DNA from: Octopus bimaculoides | Lineage: Eukaryota | Length of the DNA stretch: 64,000 bases | Reading direction: 5' to 3' | Assembly: GCF_001194135.2 (NCBI RefSeq) | Contig: NC_068993.1 | Coordinates: 14,564,020 to 14,628,019 of the forward strand | In this document: positions 1 to 12,854 of the stretch, piece by piece | Position numbering within the stretch: position 1 is the stretch's first letter | How the letters are laid out: every line of letters starts with the position of its first letter | Translations under genes and position numbers: made by a program | The notes under the pieces: generated by a model | Database searches by the model: none | Seen by the model: the letters and a program-made list of their open reading frames with translations, nothing else | Told to the model about the DNA's origin: nothing

Positions 1-29
1 ATTGGTAGTTTTGGTGGTTGGGTTAGGGA

Positions 30-700
30 CAGTGTTATTCCAAGTTTAAAGAAGGATTAGTGCTCAGTAATTTCACAAATGCTGTCCATTCCAAAATGTG
101 GAGCAATCAGCCATTTCAGGTAGCAGTGCAGTGTAAATCATTGGTGCGTAACAGAATCGAAATGGACGTAACACAAGGCTGGTTAATCACAGGGTTTTGA
201 ATAAACAAGACTACCGTATACAAGAAATTATCCCTTGGGTATGTCGCTAATACGGAGAACGAGTAAGTTAGAGATAGATAAATAAAGAGAGAAAGAGAAG
301 AATATTAAGATGCATACAGAGAACGAAGTGATGGCTAAAAGGCTTTTGTTAGTCTGTCTGTCAGGTATCTGCTTTCGATTAAAGTAAAATGAGAAATAGA
401 GTTTTTAGATATAGAGTGGTGATGAAAAATAGCAAAGGGAGATATAATTACTGAGGAAGAAATAATAGATACATGAAAACAAGTGAAGGAAAACGAGATA
501 ATGTCAGAGTTATGGAGAGAACACAAGAGGTAGAGATTAATAAAATGAAAGAGAAATAGAGCTACATATAAAGTGAAGAGTTTAAAGAAAGGAAAGACAA
601 GGAGGAAGTGATAGAAAAGAAGCTATGAGTAATAACGGATACTGCAAGGATAGTGAGGTAGATGGATAGAGAGGAACAAAGGGAAAGAAAGTTAAATAAT
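30..700 (-). mobile_element. Possible highly degraded LINE (CR1/L2-like) remnant
   Basis: Purine-skewed tract. The minus strand gives IYTALLPEMADCSTFWNG, loosely like the LINE C-terminal LYKAQIRP.MEYCSHIWGG motif. Many stops; weak. Confidence 0.2.
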
Positions 701-782
701 GATAAATCAATAACTTAGATATGTAAAAGAATATTCGTGAATACAATATAAGGATTATGGTTTATATCGATAGGAAGTTAAA

Positions 783-783
783 G

Positions 784-851
<68 letters not shown>

Positions 852-886
852 CAGATAGATAGATAGATATATATATATATATATAT

Positions 887-967
<81 letters not shown>
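783..967 (+). repeat. (GATA)n microsatellite with internal (TA)n
   Basis: Directly visible. Confidence 0.98.
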
Positions 968-968
<1 letters not shown>

Positions 969-1099
969 GGGTGCATCGGTATATAAGTGTGTCAGAACGT
1001 AACGAAAGAGAGAGAGAAATAGATTTCAGATATGAGTCAATTGTGATATATATGAAGAGATATCAAGGAGAAAGAAGGAAAGTATAAGTAACACAAGGG

Positions 1100-1130
<31 letters not shown>

Positions 1131-1406
1131 TGTGATGTGTATGTGCATTTGTGTAATCGTGTGTGGAGAGAGAAAGAGTGAGAGAGAGAGTGAAAGATTG
1201 CAAGACGCAGAAATTCTAAGGTCGTGTTGTTAACGCACATTTAGGGCGCATGCATTGATTTCTAAAATATATTGCAAAATAAGACAGGGGTGGAGGTAAG
1301 GAGATGGAGCGAGAAGAACGACAACACTTATTTAAAGCTTGAGTTCAGGAATCAAAGCTAATCCAAGCATTGAAATGTATTTTCTGTTGAGTATTGCCTT
1401 CTTTAG

Positions 1407-1503
1407 TGTGGAATCAGTTCCGTTTGCAAATCTATTCATTTTACGCTGGTCATCTGAAACTAACTGATGCGCAGAAAGGAAAAATGCTTTCCAACTCCCT
1501 AAT
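1407..1503 (+). CDS. Weak candidate coding exon, unknown protein (WNQFRLQIYSFYAGHLKLTDAQKGKMLSNSL)
   Basis: Acceptor ttgccttctttag|, open frame, modest donor AAT|GTATTT. No homology recognised. Confidence 0.25.
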
Positions 1504-1935
1504 GTATTTTAACGATTCTAGTAACATTCTTTAACAACTAATCTATGTATGTAAAACGCATAAAGAGGATTTATTTGAGTTTTACTACGAATATGTAGGC
1601 TTATCTATAGTTAATTTCAAATATAATCGCTAGCTTTTGACATGTCCATCGGTGACCTACCTATCCAAAAGTCATTGCTTTAAGAACTGAAGTATTGTTG
1701 AACTTAGAAGTACTTTGAGCAGTTTGCATGCGTGTGACTATATATGCATACTGTTTTTGCTATACGTAATTGACCCAGTTAGAAACAAATGCGAGACTTG
1801 TGTTCAATAAAGCATTCGAATACTTTAAATTACGTGCGTGTTTGCAATTGTGTATATGTGTGGGTGTTTAATATGAGAAAGGATAAAGAATATTGCAGGA
1901 AAAAACTAAATGTTAGGAGAAATGCATCGATATAT

Positions 1936-1978
1936 AATAATAATAGTAATAATAATGATGATGATGATGATGATAATG

Positions 1979-2051
<73 letters not shown>
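1936..2051 (+). repeat. (TAA)n/(TGA)n microsatellite
   Basis: Directly visible; abuts the 5' truncation point of the retrotransposon. Confidence 0.98.
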
Positions 2052-2054
<3 letters not shown>

Positions 2055-2907
2055 AATCAGAAACAGAGGGGTCTATCATAGCAGCCCAAGATCAATGCCT
2101 ACCTACAAAGAACTACCAGGCCAACATATTAAAGAACGGCAGCTCCCCATTATGTCGTATATGCCAACAACAAAATGAGACCATCGATCATGTTGTCTCC
2201 ATGTGCAGTCTGCTTGCGCCTACAGAGTATCTCAACAGGCATGATAGAGCTGCACAATATATTCACTGGGTAATATGCAAAAACCTGGACTTGCCCCATG
2301 ATAAAAACTGGTGGGAACACAAACAACCCCAGTACTTGAAAATGATCACATCGCACTCTGGAACTTCACCATTCAAACTGACAGAAAGATAGATGCAAAT
2401 ATGCCAGACATCATACTGAAAGACTTCAGACAAAAATCATGCCTCCTCATTGATATGACTGTTCCAATCGATATAAACGTACCTGTCAAAGGTATCTACC
2501 AAAAAGTGAGCAAATACAAAGATCTTGAAATAGAAATTAGCAAAATGTGGAATCTGAAGACGAAAACAATACCTATTGTCATAGGTGCCCTGGGAATGAC
2601 AGCGAAACGGGCTGATTACTACCTAGCTCAGATACCAGGAAACCCCAAAATGGCTGAAGTTCAAAAGATAGTGCTCATGGGAACTGCCCATATCTTACGT
2701 AAAATACTGTCTATGTGATCTCAAATTTAAAAAAAAACAATTTTCTTACGGTTTCTTAAACATTCTCTAGAGCAACACTTTGTACAAATCCAAATATATG
2801 GTACCCTATGCATAACACCTACATGAACTTCTAACGTGTAGTCTCTTGAGGTCTCTGGGTGAGACTTGGATCCAACTTGTACACATGCAAAGCAAAAGTC
2901 AAACATA
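2052..2907 (+). mobile_element. 5'-truncated R4/Dong-clade non-LTR retrotransposon, copy 1 (zinc knuckle + RLE endonuclease + 3'UTR), frameshifted
   Basis: ORF 1910-2392 gives KSETEGSIIAAQDQ, CRICQQQNETIDHVVSMC (CCHC) and RHD. ORF 2311-2718 gives LWNFTIQTDRKIDANMPDIILKD..LIDMTVP..KYKDL..IPIVIGALG. Frameshift near 2325; 3'UTR ends in (TAA)n. Confidence 0.93.
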
Positions 2908-2956
2908 AAATAATAATAATAATAATGATGATGATGATGAGGATGATGATGAAGGT

Positions 2957-3739
2957 ACTACCAGGCCAACATGTTAAAGAACGACAGCTGCCTAACATGT
3001 CGTGTATGCCAACAACAAAATGAAACCATTGATCATGTTATCTCCATGTGCAGTCTTCTTGTGCCTACAGAGTATCTCAACAGGCATGATAGAGCTGCAC
3101 AGTATATTCACTGGGTAATTTGCAAAAACCCGGACCTTTTCAATGATGTAAACTGTGGGAACACAAACCACCTCCGGAGATTGAAAATGATCACATCTCA
3201 CTCCTCTGGAACTTCACCAATAAAACTGACAGAAAGATAGATACCTATAGGCCAGACATCATATTGAAAGACTTAAGACAAAAATCATGCTCCCTCATTG
3301 ATATGATTCTCCCAATCGACATAAATGTATCTGTCAAGACCTACCAAAAACTGAGCACGAATAAAGATCTTGAAATAGAAATTAGCAAAATGTGGAACCA
3401 CAAGACTAAAACAATACCTGTTGTTATAGGTGCCCTAGGAATGATAGCATAGGGGCTGATTGCTACCAAGCTCAGATACCAGGAAACCCCAAAATAGCAG
3501 AAATTCAAAAGATAGTGTTCATGGGAACAGCCCATATCCTACGTAAAATACTGTCTATGTAATCTCAAATTTTGAAATAGGCTCATAATGTTCTTGTTTT
3601 CTTAAAAATTCTTTAGAACACTACTATTTGTAAAACCAAATATATGACACCCTAAGCATGAACTTCTAACTTGTTGTCTCTTGAAGTATCTGGGTGAGAC
3701 TTGGAGTCAGCTTCTACAAATACAAAGCAAAAGTGAAAC

Positions 3740-3741
<2 letters not shown>
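2957..3741 (+). mobile_element. R4/Dong-clade retrotransposon, copy 2 (same family, diverged, different truncation point)
   Basis: Colinear with copy 1 from actaccaggccaac. Encodes CRVCQQQNETIDHVISMC and RPDIILKD..VVIGALG; frameshift and in-frame stop; same 3'UTR followed by (TAA)n. Confidence 0.93.
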
Positions 3742-3818
<77 letters not shown>

Positions 3819-3853
3819 TATTATTATTATTATTATTATTATANNNNNNNNNN

Positions 3854-3888
<35 letters not shown>

Positions 3889-3906
3889 TATTATTATTAT
3901 TATTAT

Positions 3907-3950
<44 letters not shown>
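3742..3950. repeat. (TAA)n/(TTA)n microsatellite with orientation switches and a 10-N gap
   Basis: Directly visible. Confidence 0.95.
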
Positions 3951-3953
<3 letters not shown>

Positions 3954-4154
3954 TACATAACAAAAACACCAGGACTTACAAATATATATTACATACAGAA
4001 AATTGCACTACTGGGTACTGCACACATCCTACGCAAAACGCTTTCAATACAGTAACCGTAAGAGCATCACAGCAAACCACAGCACATACCCAAGGCGCAA
4101 AGAGCTGCGCTCGGTAGTGAAGTGAAAGCACGTTATAAAAATAAAACTACTGAA
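3951..4154 (+). mobile_element. 3' end of a second R4/Dong-like family
   Basis: Translates QYITKTPGLTNIYYIQKIALLGTAHILRKTLSIQ*, homologous to QKIVLMGTAHILRKILSM* of copies 1/2, but with an unrelated 3'UTR; followed by (TAA)n. Confidence 0.85.
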
Positions 4155-4155
4155 C

Positions 4156-4248
<93 letters not shown>

Positions 4249-4305
4249 AACAGCAACAGCAACAATAATAATAATGATTATGATAATAAGAACAATAACA
4301 ATAAT
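4155..4305 (+). repeat. (TAA)n/(CAA)n microsatellite
   Basis: Directly visible. Confidence 0.97.
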
Positions 4306-4454
4306 GAAGTAATAGATGAAGAGTAAAAGTGACAAAAATAATCAAGTATTCATGAACGACTCATTAAATTTCATTATCTTTTATCGTTTACTTTTTATCA
4401 TTTGGAACTGAAAAACTAAAATGTAAAATATACTGTCAGGTTAAGCTAAAATAT

Positions 4455-4575
4455 AACATTAAAAGAATTAGTCGCAGAAATTGACCCTAGCTCCAGTATT
4501 TAATTTTTATATATCGAACCTTTCTTGAACCACTAAGTTACTGGGGCGTACAGAAACCAACACACGCATAGTCAA
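4455..4575 (-). mobile_element. Degenerate SINE family A tail fragment
   Basis: gaaccactaagttactggggcgta..aaaccaacac matches 54786-54825. Confidence 0.55.
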
Positions 4576-5194
4576 CAGATAAATGCTTTACCCTTAATCA
4601 CTTTACTGATGATTGTACTTGTGACTTTTGGATTCGAAATTGCGGGTAACCACCTTAATAATTCATAATTTTCACGTTACCATTTTTCCGAATCAGCCAA
4701 TGATTCCTATGGTATTTACTATAAACTGATAAAGTTCAGTTTAACCTTAAGCAAATGAGAAAGTGTCAGTGATGAGACTCATTCAGTCCGAAATCATCGT
4801 TGATCTGACTCTCCCCGCTTGCTGTAGGAAGGTTGTCTTCCTTGTCCATTAATAAGTAACTGCTTTGCCCGTGGCTAAGAATGGATTTGACTCCTACTTG
4901 TAGCAATACTGGGGCTCATTGGCACTCTTAGTCACTTCAGTAACGTAGTACTTGTGCCTATATATANNNNNNNNNNNNNNNNNNNNNNNNNNNNNNNNNN
5001 NNNNNNNNNNNNNNNNNNNNNNNNNNNNNNNNNNNNNNNTATATAAATTTATATCTGACCAGCTTTCGTAAAGCTTCCGTCTACCAAATTCACTCAAAAG
5101 TCATTTGCCTGTCTGGTTGATTCATGCTTATATGCTTTCTATAGTAGGGGTAAGGCCCCACAGAATTATCGATAGTGTAAAAATAAACATCTGT

Positions 5195-5506
5195 AGTTAG
5201 GGGATGAAGGTTGGAAATTCAAGATGACCCGAGGTTGGACGTCCTGCAACCATCGCCACGAATAGAAACCTTTATCGTGTTCACCACATGTTGATGGATG
5301 ACTATAAATCAAATGGCCAATATTAGTAGCATATCTCGCGAGAGAGATATGCACAGTAGGTGCCAGGTTTTGACACCTGATCTAATACGTTCCATGCTGA
5401 TCACATCAGGGGAAAGTCTGGCGTTGTTTAATTTTGATCCATCGCTTTCATTGAACGTTTCGTAATCCAAGAGTGCTGGTTTCATCACTTTGAGGCAGAA
5501 AGAAAG
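5195..5506 (+). mobile_element. Mariner transposase relic (family 1)
   Basis: Mixed frames give DDPR-GRPAT..RVHHM.MDD, TPD..LITSGESLALF..DP, RFVIQECWFHHFEAERK, i.e. the mariner linker and first catalytic TxDE.W.HH motif with the Asp lost. Confidence 0.8.
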
Positions 5507-5874
5507 ACGGATTCTACGATTTCCTCTCATAGCTGCACGTACGACTACGATGTTTTTCTCAGTTCTGCTGTTTGCGGGTCTCCTAGAACGTTCGTCAATA
5601 TCGATATGCTTTCCGCCATTTTTGAAACATCTGAACCACTCGTACACTTGTGTGCGGTTCATACACTCCTCACCATACACTCTTTGCAACCTTGCGCAAA
5701 CCACTGAGCTATCACCACCATGACAACTTTCTCTGTCATGGTCAAATCGACGATCACACATTACACACCTTCCTTCCAAGCACTGCTGTAAACAACAGAA
5801 CTGTGCTATAAAGTTAAAACTTAGTGCTTCGTTACTATAGCAACAGTTCAGATACTTAGTGATCAGACCCCATA
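5507..5874 (-). mobile_element. Mariner relic (family 2): left terminus plus HTH region
   Basis: LQRVYGEECMNRTQVYEWFRCFKNG..IDIDERSRRPANSRTEKNI..VR..NRRI. Start atgacagagaaagtt at 5739; TA-started mariner-like terminus near 5874. Confidence 0.85.
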
Positions 5875-7149
5875 CAGTTAAATGTCGTAAGACAAATTCT
5901 GTTATAAGGAATCAAATATAGTCTCATGACGATTTTCAGAAATTGTAGTCTACATAAATGAAGACATTCGCTGTACTTGTATACGTGTTACATAATATGT
6001 CATTCAATAATATTATAGAACATTCTACCATCATCAATAATTTATTTACTATCTGCCAATGATATAAACATGAATAAATTTTGAAGCCTAACGTCTATTA
6101 AACTTCACAATTACTTAACGTTAAATTTCAAATATATATATATATATACACAGACACATATTTAGGCATATGTGTATGTATGTATGTATGTATGTATGTA
6201 TGTATGCATCTATGTTTGATGTGTGAATGCATGTATCTATTTGTTCTTCTGTCTTCATTCAGCATATCTAATTTTTTCTTTCTTCATTTATATTACAAAC
6301 GCTTTCAACTATCTTCATATTCTGTATCACGGTGTTTTCACATAGACATATATTTTAATATTTATATTTGTCTTACTTAGTTGAAACATTTGCATTTATT
6401 TACTTCTCTTCTATCGATCAATAAGTTTCGTTTGTTGCAATGAGCAACATAAATTACTGTATATTTAAAAGTAATAATGTTTGTTTTGTGCGTGGATGTG
6501 TTGGAATTTACATCATTTTAAGACAATGTGTTCTATGATTCTTCTTCTTCATAGTGAAATGATTTAAGTTCATAATTTTAGTGGGGATGGCATAACTTTC
6601 AGCAATATATTTCCTCAAACAATTTTAAAAGAACAATATTCACGATGATAATGAATCTATCAATATTTTAAACCTGCAAAATTAGCCCACCTAATGAACA
6701 ATGTGTATTTAGTTATAAACATACGCACATTATGTGTGTGTGTTTGTGTATCTGTATATATATATATATATNNNNNNNNNNNNNNNNNNNNNNNNNNNNN
6801 NNNNNNNNNNNNNNNNNNNNNNNNNNNNNNNNNNNNNNNNNNNNNNNNNNNNNNNNNNNNNNNNNNNNNNNNNNNNNNNNNNNNNNNNNNNNNNNNNNNN
6901 NNNNNNNNNNNNNNNNNNNNNNNNNNNNNNNNNNATATATATATATATATATACATAGATATATACATATATGGCCCCGTAAAGATGAGATGCGCACGCG
7001 AAGAGGACTGTTTCAAATTTCTTTTTTCACATTTTCTTCTATATTTATGATAATTCTTCCAGTGTAAATTGCTAACTGGTTCATTTCACTCATTTCTAAT
7101 AAAATGCACACACGTTACATACGAACGTAGCGTTATTCAGACTGGATTT

Positions 7150-8365
7150 TAAAGGTACATACCTTATACTACTTGAAATTTTGCTGACCGGATCGAGGCA
7201 GTTATAAAAAATAACACCACCTACGAAATTCATTCCAGAGATGTTAAAACCCGCAAGGCACTGCATCAGCTGGAAATCTTTACAGAAATATTGATATCGA
7301 CAGGCTCTATCTATGAAGAGATAAAGATTTCGAATGTCGTATAGTCTCTATCAGACTGCGCTTGCTAAATAGCAGCAGCAAAACCAAATACATTAACTTA
7401 GTGCTAAAAAGTGAAGAGAACAATAACTTACGTGTCGGCAGCGAGCTCCTTAGGAAGCACTCTCTTCCTGATTACCTCCCAAAAATGGCCGGAACTAGTA
7501 TACCATAAAGAAGATCTGGATGTAAAAAGCTCAGCGTATCAGGGAAGGACCATACATGGATATGTTTCTCGAAGACTTAGAGAAGACAGTAATGTATACA
7601 TGAAGCGAAACATCGCTTCGACCTGTGACCAACATATCACATCACAACTGGAAGCCTATGCATTTGCAATCCAACAACAGGAGATTGCTATTAAATACCT
7701 AAAAAACAAAAAAAAAAAGAGATGAACTCAAAAGAGACAGTGAAGTCATTGGTGTTCGAAGATCCCACCGAAATATAGATTATGCCATATTTTTGTGGAA
7801 TACATCACACATGTGATTAGCACCCGCCCAAAAATAACATCAACTTACTACCTCCGTCTGCGACACGATTTTGTAACATAAGCAATCGATAGACAATGCC
7901 ATTTGGAAAGAATGACTACCTTGGAATAAATATAGACTCACCCTGTTATTGAACACATATACAAGGATCAACGCAATGTATACTGGTGGAACATTCCCAT
8001 CAAAACATCTGTCAACTGTAAACATAAAACGGTCGGTATTGTTGTTAGTGACAGACAAGAAAATATATACCATCATAGAGATCAGCTGTCCTGCTGATGT
8101 GTATATATCTTTGAATATCAAACAGTGAGAGGATAACATTGGACAACTGCTTTGAAATATTCAGCTTCTATATTCAGATTTCAAATTTACATTCTTACCA
8201 ATTAAAAATGGTGCACTTGTTCTTGTGAGTAAATGCTTAACTGACAGTCTGGATAAACTTGGATTTTCGCAAAAAGAAACCAACGAACCAACTTTCACAC
8301 TACAATTAAAATCTGAGTGGAACAGTAGAAATATACATGACATTTCTCAAGTTTAAAAAGTGACA
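7150..8365 (+). mobile_element. Degraded R4-like RLE non-LTR retrotransposon (third family)
   Basis: Fragments: DVKTRK..DIDRLYL; IHGY..ITSQLEAYAFAIQQQEIA.KYL; VEYITHVIS..YYLRLRHD; YWWNIPIKTSV..H; IIEISCPADV; FLPI..GAL. Correct order, many lesions. Confidence 0.85.
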
Positions 8366-8972
8366 TTCTTTTCGTTATTAAAAATCCAACGATGAAGCTT
8401 TGTATCTATGTCGGAAATAAGCTCCTTCTTTAGATAAAGATGTTAAATAAATAAAATCGGAAGGGAATATACAGAGTGAGCGAGCGAGAGACAGAGAGCG
8501 AGAGAGAAATAGAGAAAGAGATGTACCTACACTTTTCCCTTGAAAGGGGTATATAAATACCGTATTTATGAGAAACTGAATTAGAAGAAAGATACATAAA
8601 TGGAAATCTACGTATTTTTCTTTCGTTTTCTTTTTACAAAATTAGATTAAAAGGAGCATGTAGGTGGATAGATGGTTGTATATGGAGGTAAATATTTGCA
8701 AAGGTAGATATAATGACAATGTTTATAAATTTATTTGGTGAAAACAAGTTATATTTATTTTTATAACCGGTGACATTTGAAGAGAAGCTATAAATTAGGA
8801 TGACATAATATTTTCTTTAAGACTTCGATGCTTCAGTGGCCTGTTGAGCCGCTGGGTTTATTTTCCTTAATATAGTTTACATTCAGCAATCCTTTCATGT
8901 AGAATATCCTACAACTATATCTATTTATCTATTAATCTATATTCCTCCCTCTCTATCTGTCCGTTTCTATCG

Positions 8973-8983
8973 TTCTCTCTCTA

Positions 8984-9050
<67 letters not shown>

Positions 9051-9062
9051 TCTCTGTATATA
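8973..9062. repeat. (CT)n-(TA)n compound microsatellite
   Basis: Directly visible. Confidence 0.95.
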
Positions 9063-9311
9063 TACACTTCGTTTCAAATTATTAACGACACAACATTCTT
9101 TTTTATTTTATTTAAAAACTACACGCTGGAATTCAACTCGGAGTAAATGAAGTTATAAATAAAAGTGTGTAGAATACTGGGTGGGCAACATTTTTAGTTA
9201 GAAGACAGTTATAATCTGCCCATGAAATTCGAAACCATGACAAGGCGGCACCCGTGGTGCCATTCGCCTAGCCTACGTCTCTGGACAAACAGACAGACAG
9301 ACAGACAGACT

Positions 9312-9353
<42 letters not shown>

Positions 9354-10429
9354 TAGATAGATATAAATATGTATGTATATATGTGCATATATATATAAAT
9401 ATATGGGAGTACTTATATATTTGGGTGTATGTTTTAAACTGTGCATAGCGCACTATGATGGGAATATGGCGGAATACATATGATACATTAAATGTAATAA
9501 GTCACGTATACAGGCATGTGGAATAACACAGGTGGCATGAACACTGGCAGTGGATCATTTGGAAATATCTCCCGAATTCTTCTCACATGAAATCCGATTT
9601 TTAATAATAAGCATTCATGTAAAGATGTAATACCAGTTGTAAAAATAGAAGTAATATGAAAACTCGTTAGCTTTCTACAGAGCACTAACCGATGTAGAAT
9701 TAAGTCGACCGACCAATAGTTAAGCCTTTACTGAGAAGGAAATAAAGAGATAAAGCTAATAGAGAAGTACTGGGATAAGGATATATAAAAAAAGGTAATG
9801 AAATGGTTCAAATTCCATCTTAAATCCCAACTATCACGGCGAAATTGCTGATGTAGATCCAGAAGAAATATATTCCCACTCCGGATGACACCAGGTGGCC
9901 CAAGTAGTGAATGTACTTTCCTCAATACATTGATATTAGTCAAAAGAAAATTTACATATATATATNNNNNNNNNNNNNNNNNNNNNNNNNNNNNNNNNNN
10001 NNNNNNNNNNNNNNNNNNNNNNNNNNNNNNNNNNNNNNNNNNNNNNNNNNNNNNNNNNNNNNNNNNNNNNNNNNNNNNNNNNNNNNNNNNNNNNNNNNNN
10101 NNNNNNNNNNNNNNNNNNNNNNNNNNNNNNNNNNNNNNNNNNNNNNNNNNNNNNNNNNNNNNNNNNNNNNNNNNNNNNNNNNNNNNNNNNNNNNNNNNNN
10201 NNNNNNNNNNNNNNNNNNNNNNNNNNNNNNNNNNNNNNNNNNNNNNNNNNNNNNNNNNNNNNNNNNNNNNNNNNNNNNNNNNNNNNNNNNNNNNNNNNNN
10301 NNNNNNNNNNNNNNNNNNNNNNNNNNNNNNNNNNNNNNNNNNNNNNNNNNNNNNNNNNNNNNNNNNNNNNTATATATATATATATATATATGTGGGGGGG
10401 GGTGTATGTATGCATGTATGTATTATGTA

Positions 10430-10596
10430 TGTTTGTGTTTCTGTGTTTGTCCCTAACTATCGCTTTACAACCGATAGTAAGAAACGATAGAATGAACACT
10501 ACGCTTGCAGAAAATAAGTCCTTGTGTCAACTTGTTCGACTAAAGGCAGTGCTCCAGCATTGCCACATTCAAATTATTGAAACAAGTAAAAGAATA
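10430..10596 (+). mobile_element. SINE family A, 3' half
   Basis: tgtttgtccc..ccgatag..aataagtcc..gttcgactaaaggcagtgctccagcat..gaaacaagtaaaagaata, as in the full copy at 54666-55125. Confidence 0.85.
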
Positions 10597-10851
10597 CATG
10601 TATATTTATATATACAGTTCTCATAAACCATCACCCAGTATTAGTAACATTTCTCTCTGTATCGAAGTTTACAAAGGAAATGAAAGTCAGACTTCAAATC
10701 AAGCAGATCATCGCAACAAGGCAAGCTGTGTTGAAACGTTTGACGATGTACACAATGGAGATGCAGATATGCATACCTAGAAATATTTAATAGAAAAGCT
10801 AACACTTTTAAAAAAAGATCATCTGTAATTAAAAAAAATATGTTTAGTGAA

Positions 10852-11075
10852 GTAACCTTCCAGTGTTCAGATTAATCTGTTAAATGTAATAATTTTTCAC
10901 TCAAGTTGTTTTGAATTAATTATGCATTATCTTATAGCTTTGAGGTTTCAAGTTGTGATTGTTTATTTTTAGAATGTCAATGTAGGTTAGTTGTGAGAGG
11001 CTAGATATCGCTAGTATGAATATAAAACATGTAGATTATTTGGGCCGGATATGGCCGGTTTAAACACTAGAGAAA
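10852..11075. mobile_element. Non-autonomous DNA transposon (MITE), piggyBac-like termini
   Basis: Imperfect terminal inverted repeats (ccttccagtgttcaga ... tttaaacactagagaa) and internal ggccggatatggccggttt. Resembles a recalled abundant octopus MITE. Confidence 0.55.
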
Positions 11076-12854
11076 TGTATGATTCACTAGAAAACTCGAA
11101 TTCGAACCCACTTGGTAAATTAACACCCTTTCAACAATAACGCTCTCCATCCACCAATATAAACAACAGCAATCAAGCATCTACACAGACAGACAGACCG
11201 ATAGATAGACAGATAGATAGGTAGCAAGATAGATGGGTACCTAGACAGATATATTAGTTGAATTAAGAATTAATGTAAAAATGTTGTTACGTAAACAGAT
11301 TCTATTTAAAATCAATCGAATTTCTGCGATACATAATTAATTAAGCAAGGAAATATATTTAATTAATATATCATTCATGCCACAAACCGATTCATTTACA
11401 CAGGTCGTTGTTAAAGCTATCTATATCTTCTCGTGCAATGCAATGCAATAACCCCCTTAACCAGCCTGACGTTACATTCTCCCTAGCTTATGGAGTTCTA
11501 TCTATCCTGATGTTTGTGTTGAATTACGTACGTTTAAATAAAACTTGCTAATAGTTTATCTTCTAATTAATATCGGCATTCAAGACTTTACTTTGTAGTT
11601 ACTAAATAACACAGGCTTGTACATCGGTTCATGCATCAAACACATCTGTTTCTCTTAACAAGGAGTAGTGAAGCACTATTAGAAAATTAATCTGGTGAAT
11701 GCCGTAAAGAGATATGACGTGTCTAGTAGTTGATTCGTAATATATTTTTATATACTTGTTTTGTTTCGGTTATTTATCTATAATTTCTTTCTTAACATAT
11801 CTAATTCCCTCGCTGTTTTTCTTTCATCCTTTCAATAATATCATATAGATGTGTTCTCCTTGAATTGTTTCATTTCTTTGATGCTTTATCTTCCTGTTAT
11901 TGCTACTTTTGACGAAAGAATGTTGCAATATGCTCCCTACATATATATATATATATATANNNNNNNNNNNNNNNNNNNNNNNNNNNNNNNNNNNNNNNNN
12001 NNNNNNNNNNNNNNNNNNNNNNNNNNNNNNNNNNNNNNNNNNNNNNNNNNNNNNNNNNNNNNNNNNNNNNNNNNNNNNNNNNNNNNNTATTTCTATGTAT
12101 ACACACACGCATATTACAAACACTGACAAACATACATTCAGATGTGTATATATAAAGAGAGAGAGAGATACGTACAGTCATATACATGTAGTGAGATAGA
12201 TATGTTTGTGTGTGCATGGAGGGACGGTTTATAGATGATTCAGCGAGTTTGTGCGTTTGTGCGTTTTCAGTTGGACTTCCTCTGTTTCTAATTCTTATTC
12301 TTATTCTTCCTCCGTTTATTATTCTTATAGAAGAAATAACTAAATTATATTCTGTTTAAATTTGCTTCAATCTAGCTACAACTTACTGGTATATACATAT
12401 AATGAAACACACTCAAAAATGTCATACTGACTCATTTAAAAGCATATTTAGAAAAACATAAACTGGTGTGTAATTTGACATAATCAATTAATTTATTAAA
12501 TTTTACTCCACGATGTAGCACTTAATTGAGCTATCTCATTTAGATAATCTCTATGGTGTACATGCCAATCAGATTGTGAGAAATCTCACTTAAACATGTA
12601 TGACCAAAGTGAATATGAACATTAAAGTGTGCAATAATAGTCTTTAAATACATAGTGGACCCTCAGTTTAATTCCAAATGTCAAACAACATGTAAGCCTC
12701 ATTAGCATTCATATCTCAGACAATTGGTAACAAAGGTAAGACACTCTCTTGTCTTGCTACATTTCATTTCTTTTGCTATTATTTGGTTTTCCAGCAGTAG
12801 CCTACTGTCTCCACATATATGCCTAGCCATTTCTGTATGAATCCTGTGCAGAAA

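Noticed and set aside
1789-2051. Poly-Asn/poly-Ile N-termini of ORFs 1789-2178 and 1910-2392
   Set aside because: Translation of the (TAA)n tract; only the part after 2052 is retrotransposon-coding.
5330-5354. TCTCGCGAGA motif and 9-bp hairpin; CAGGTGTCAAA hAT-like end at about 5370
   Set aside because: Both lie inside the mariner transposase coding relic; coincidental.
9245-9285. ggcac/gtgcc hairpin and a CAGAGACGTAGGCTAGG hAT-like terminus
   Set aside because: No partner terminus or target-site duplication found.
10577-10780. ORF ending VYKGNESQTSNQADHRNKASCVETFDDVHNGDADMHT
   Set aside because: Weak acceptor, starts in a SINE tail, no homology.
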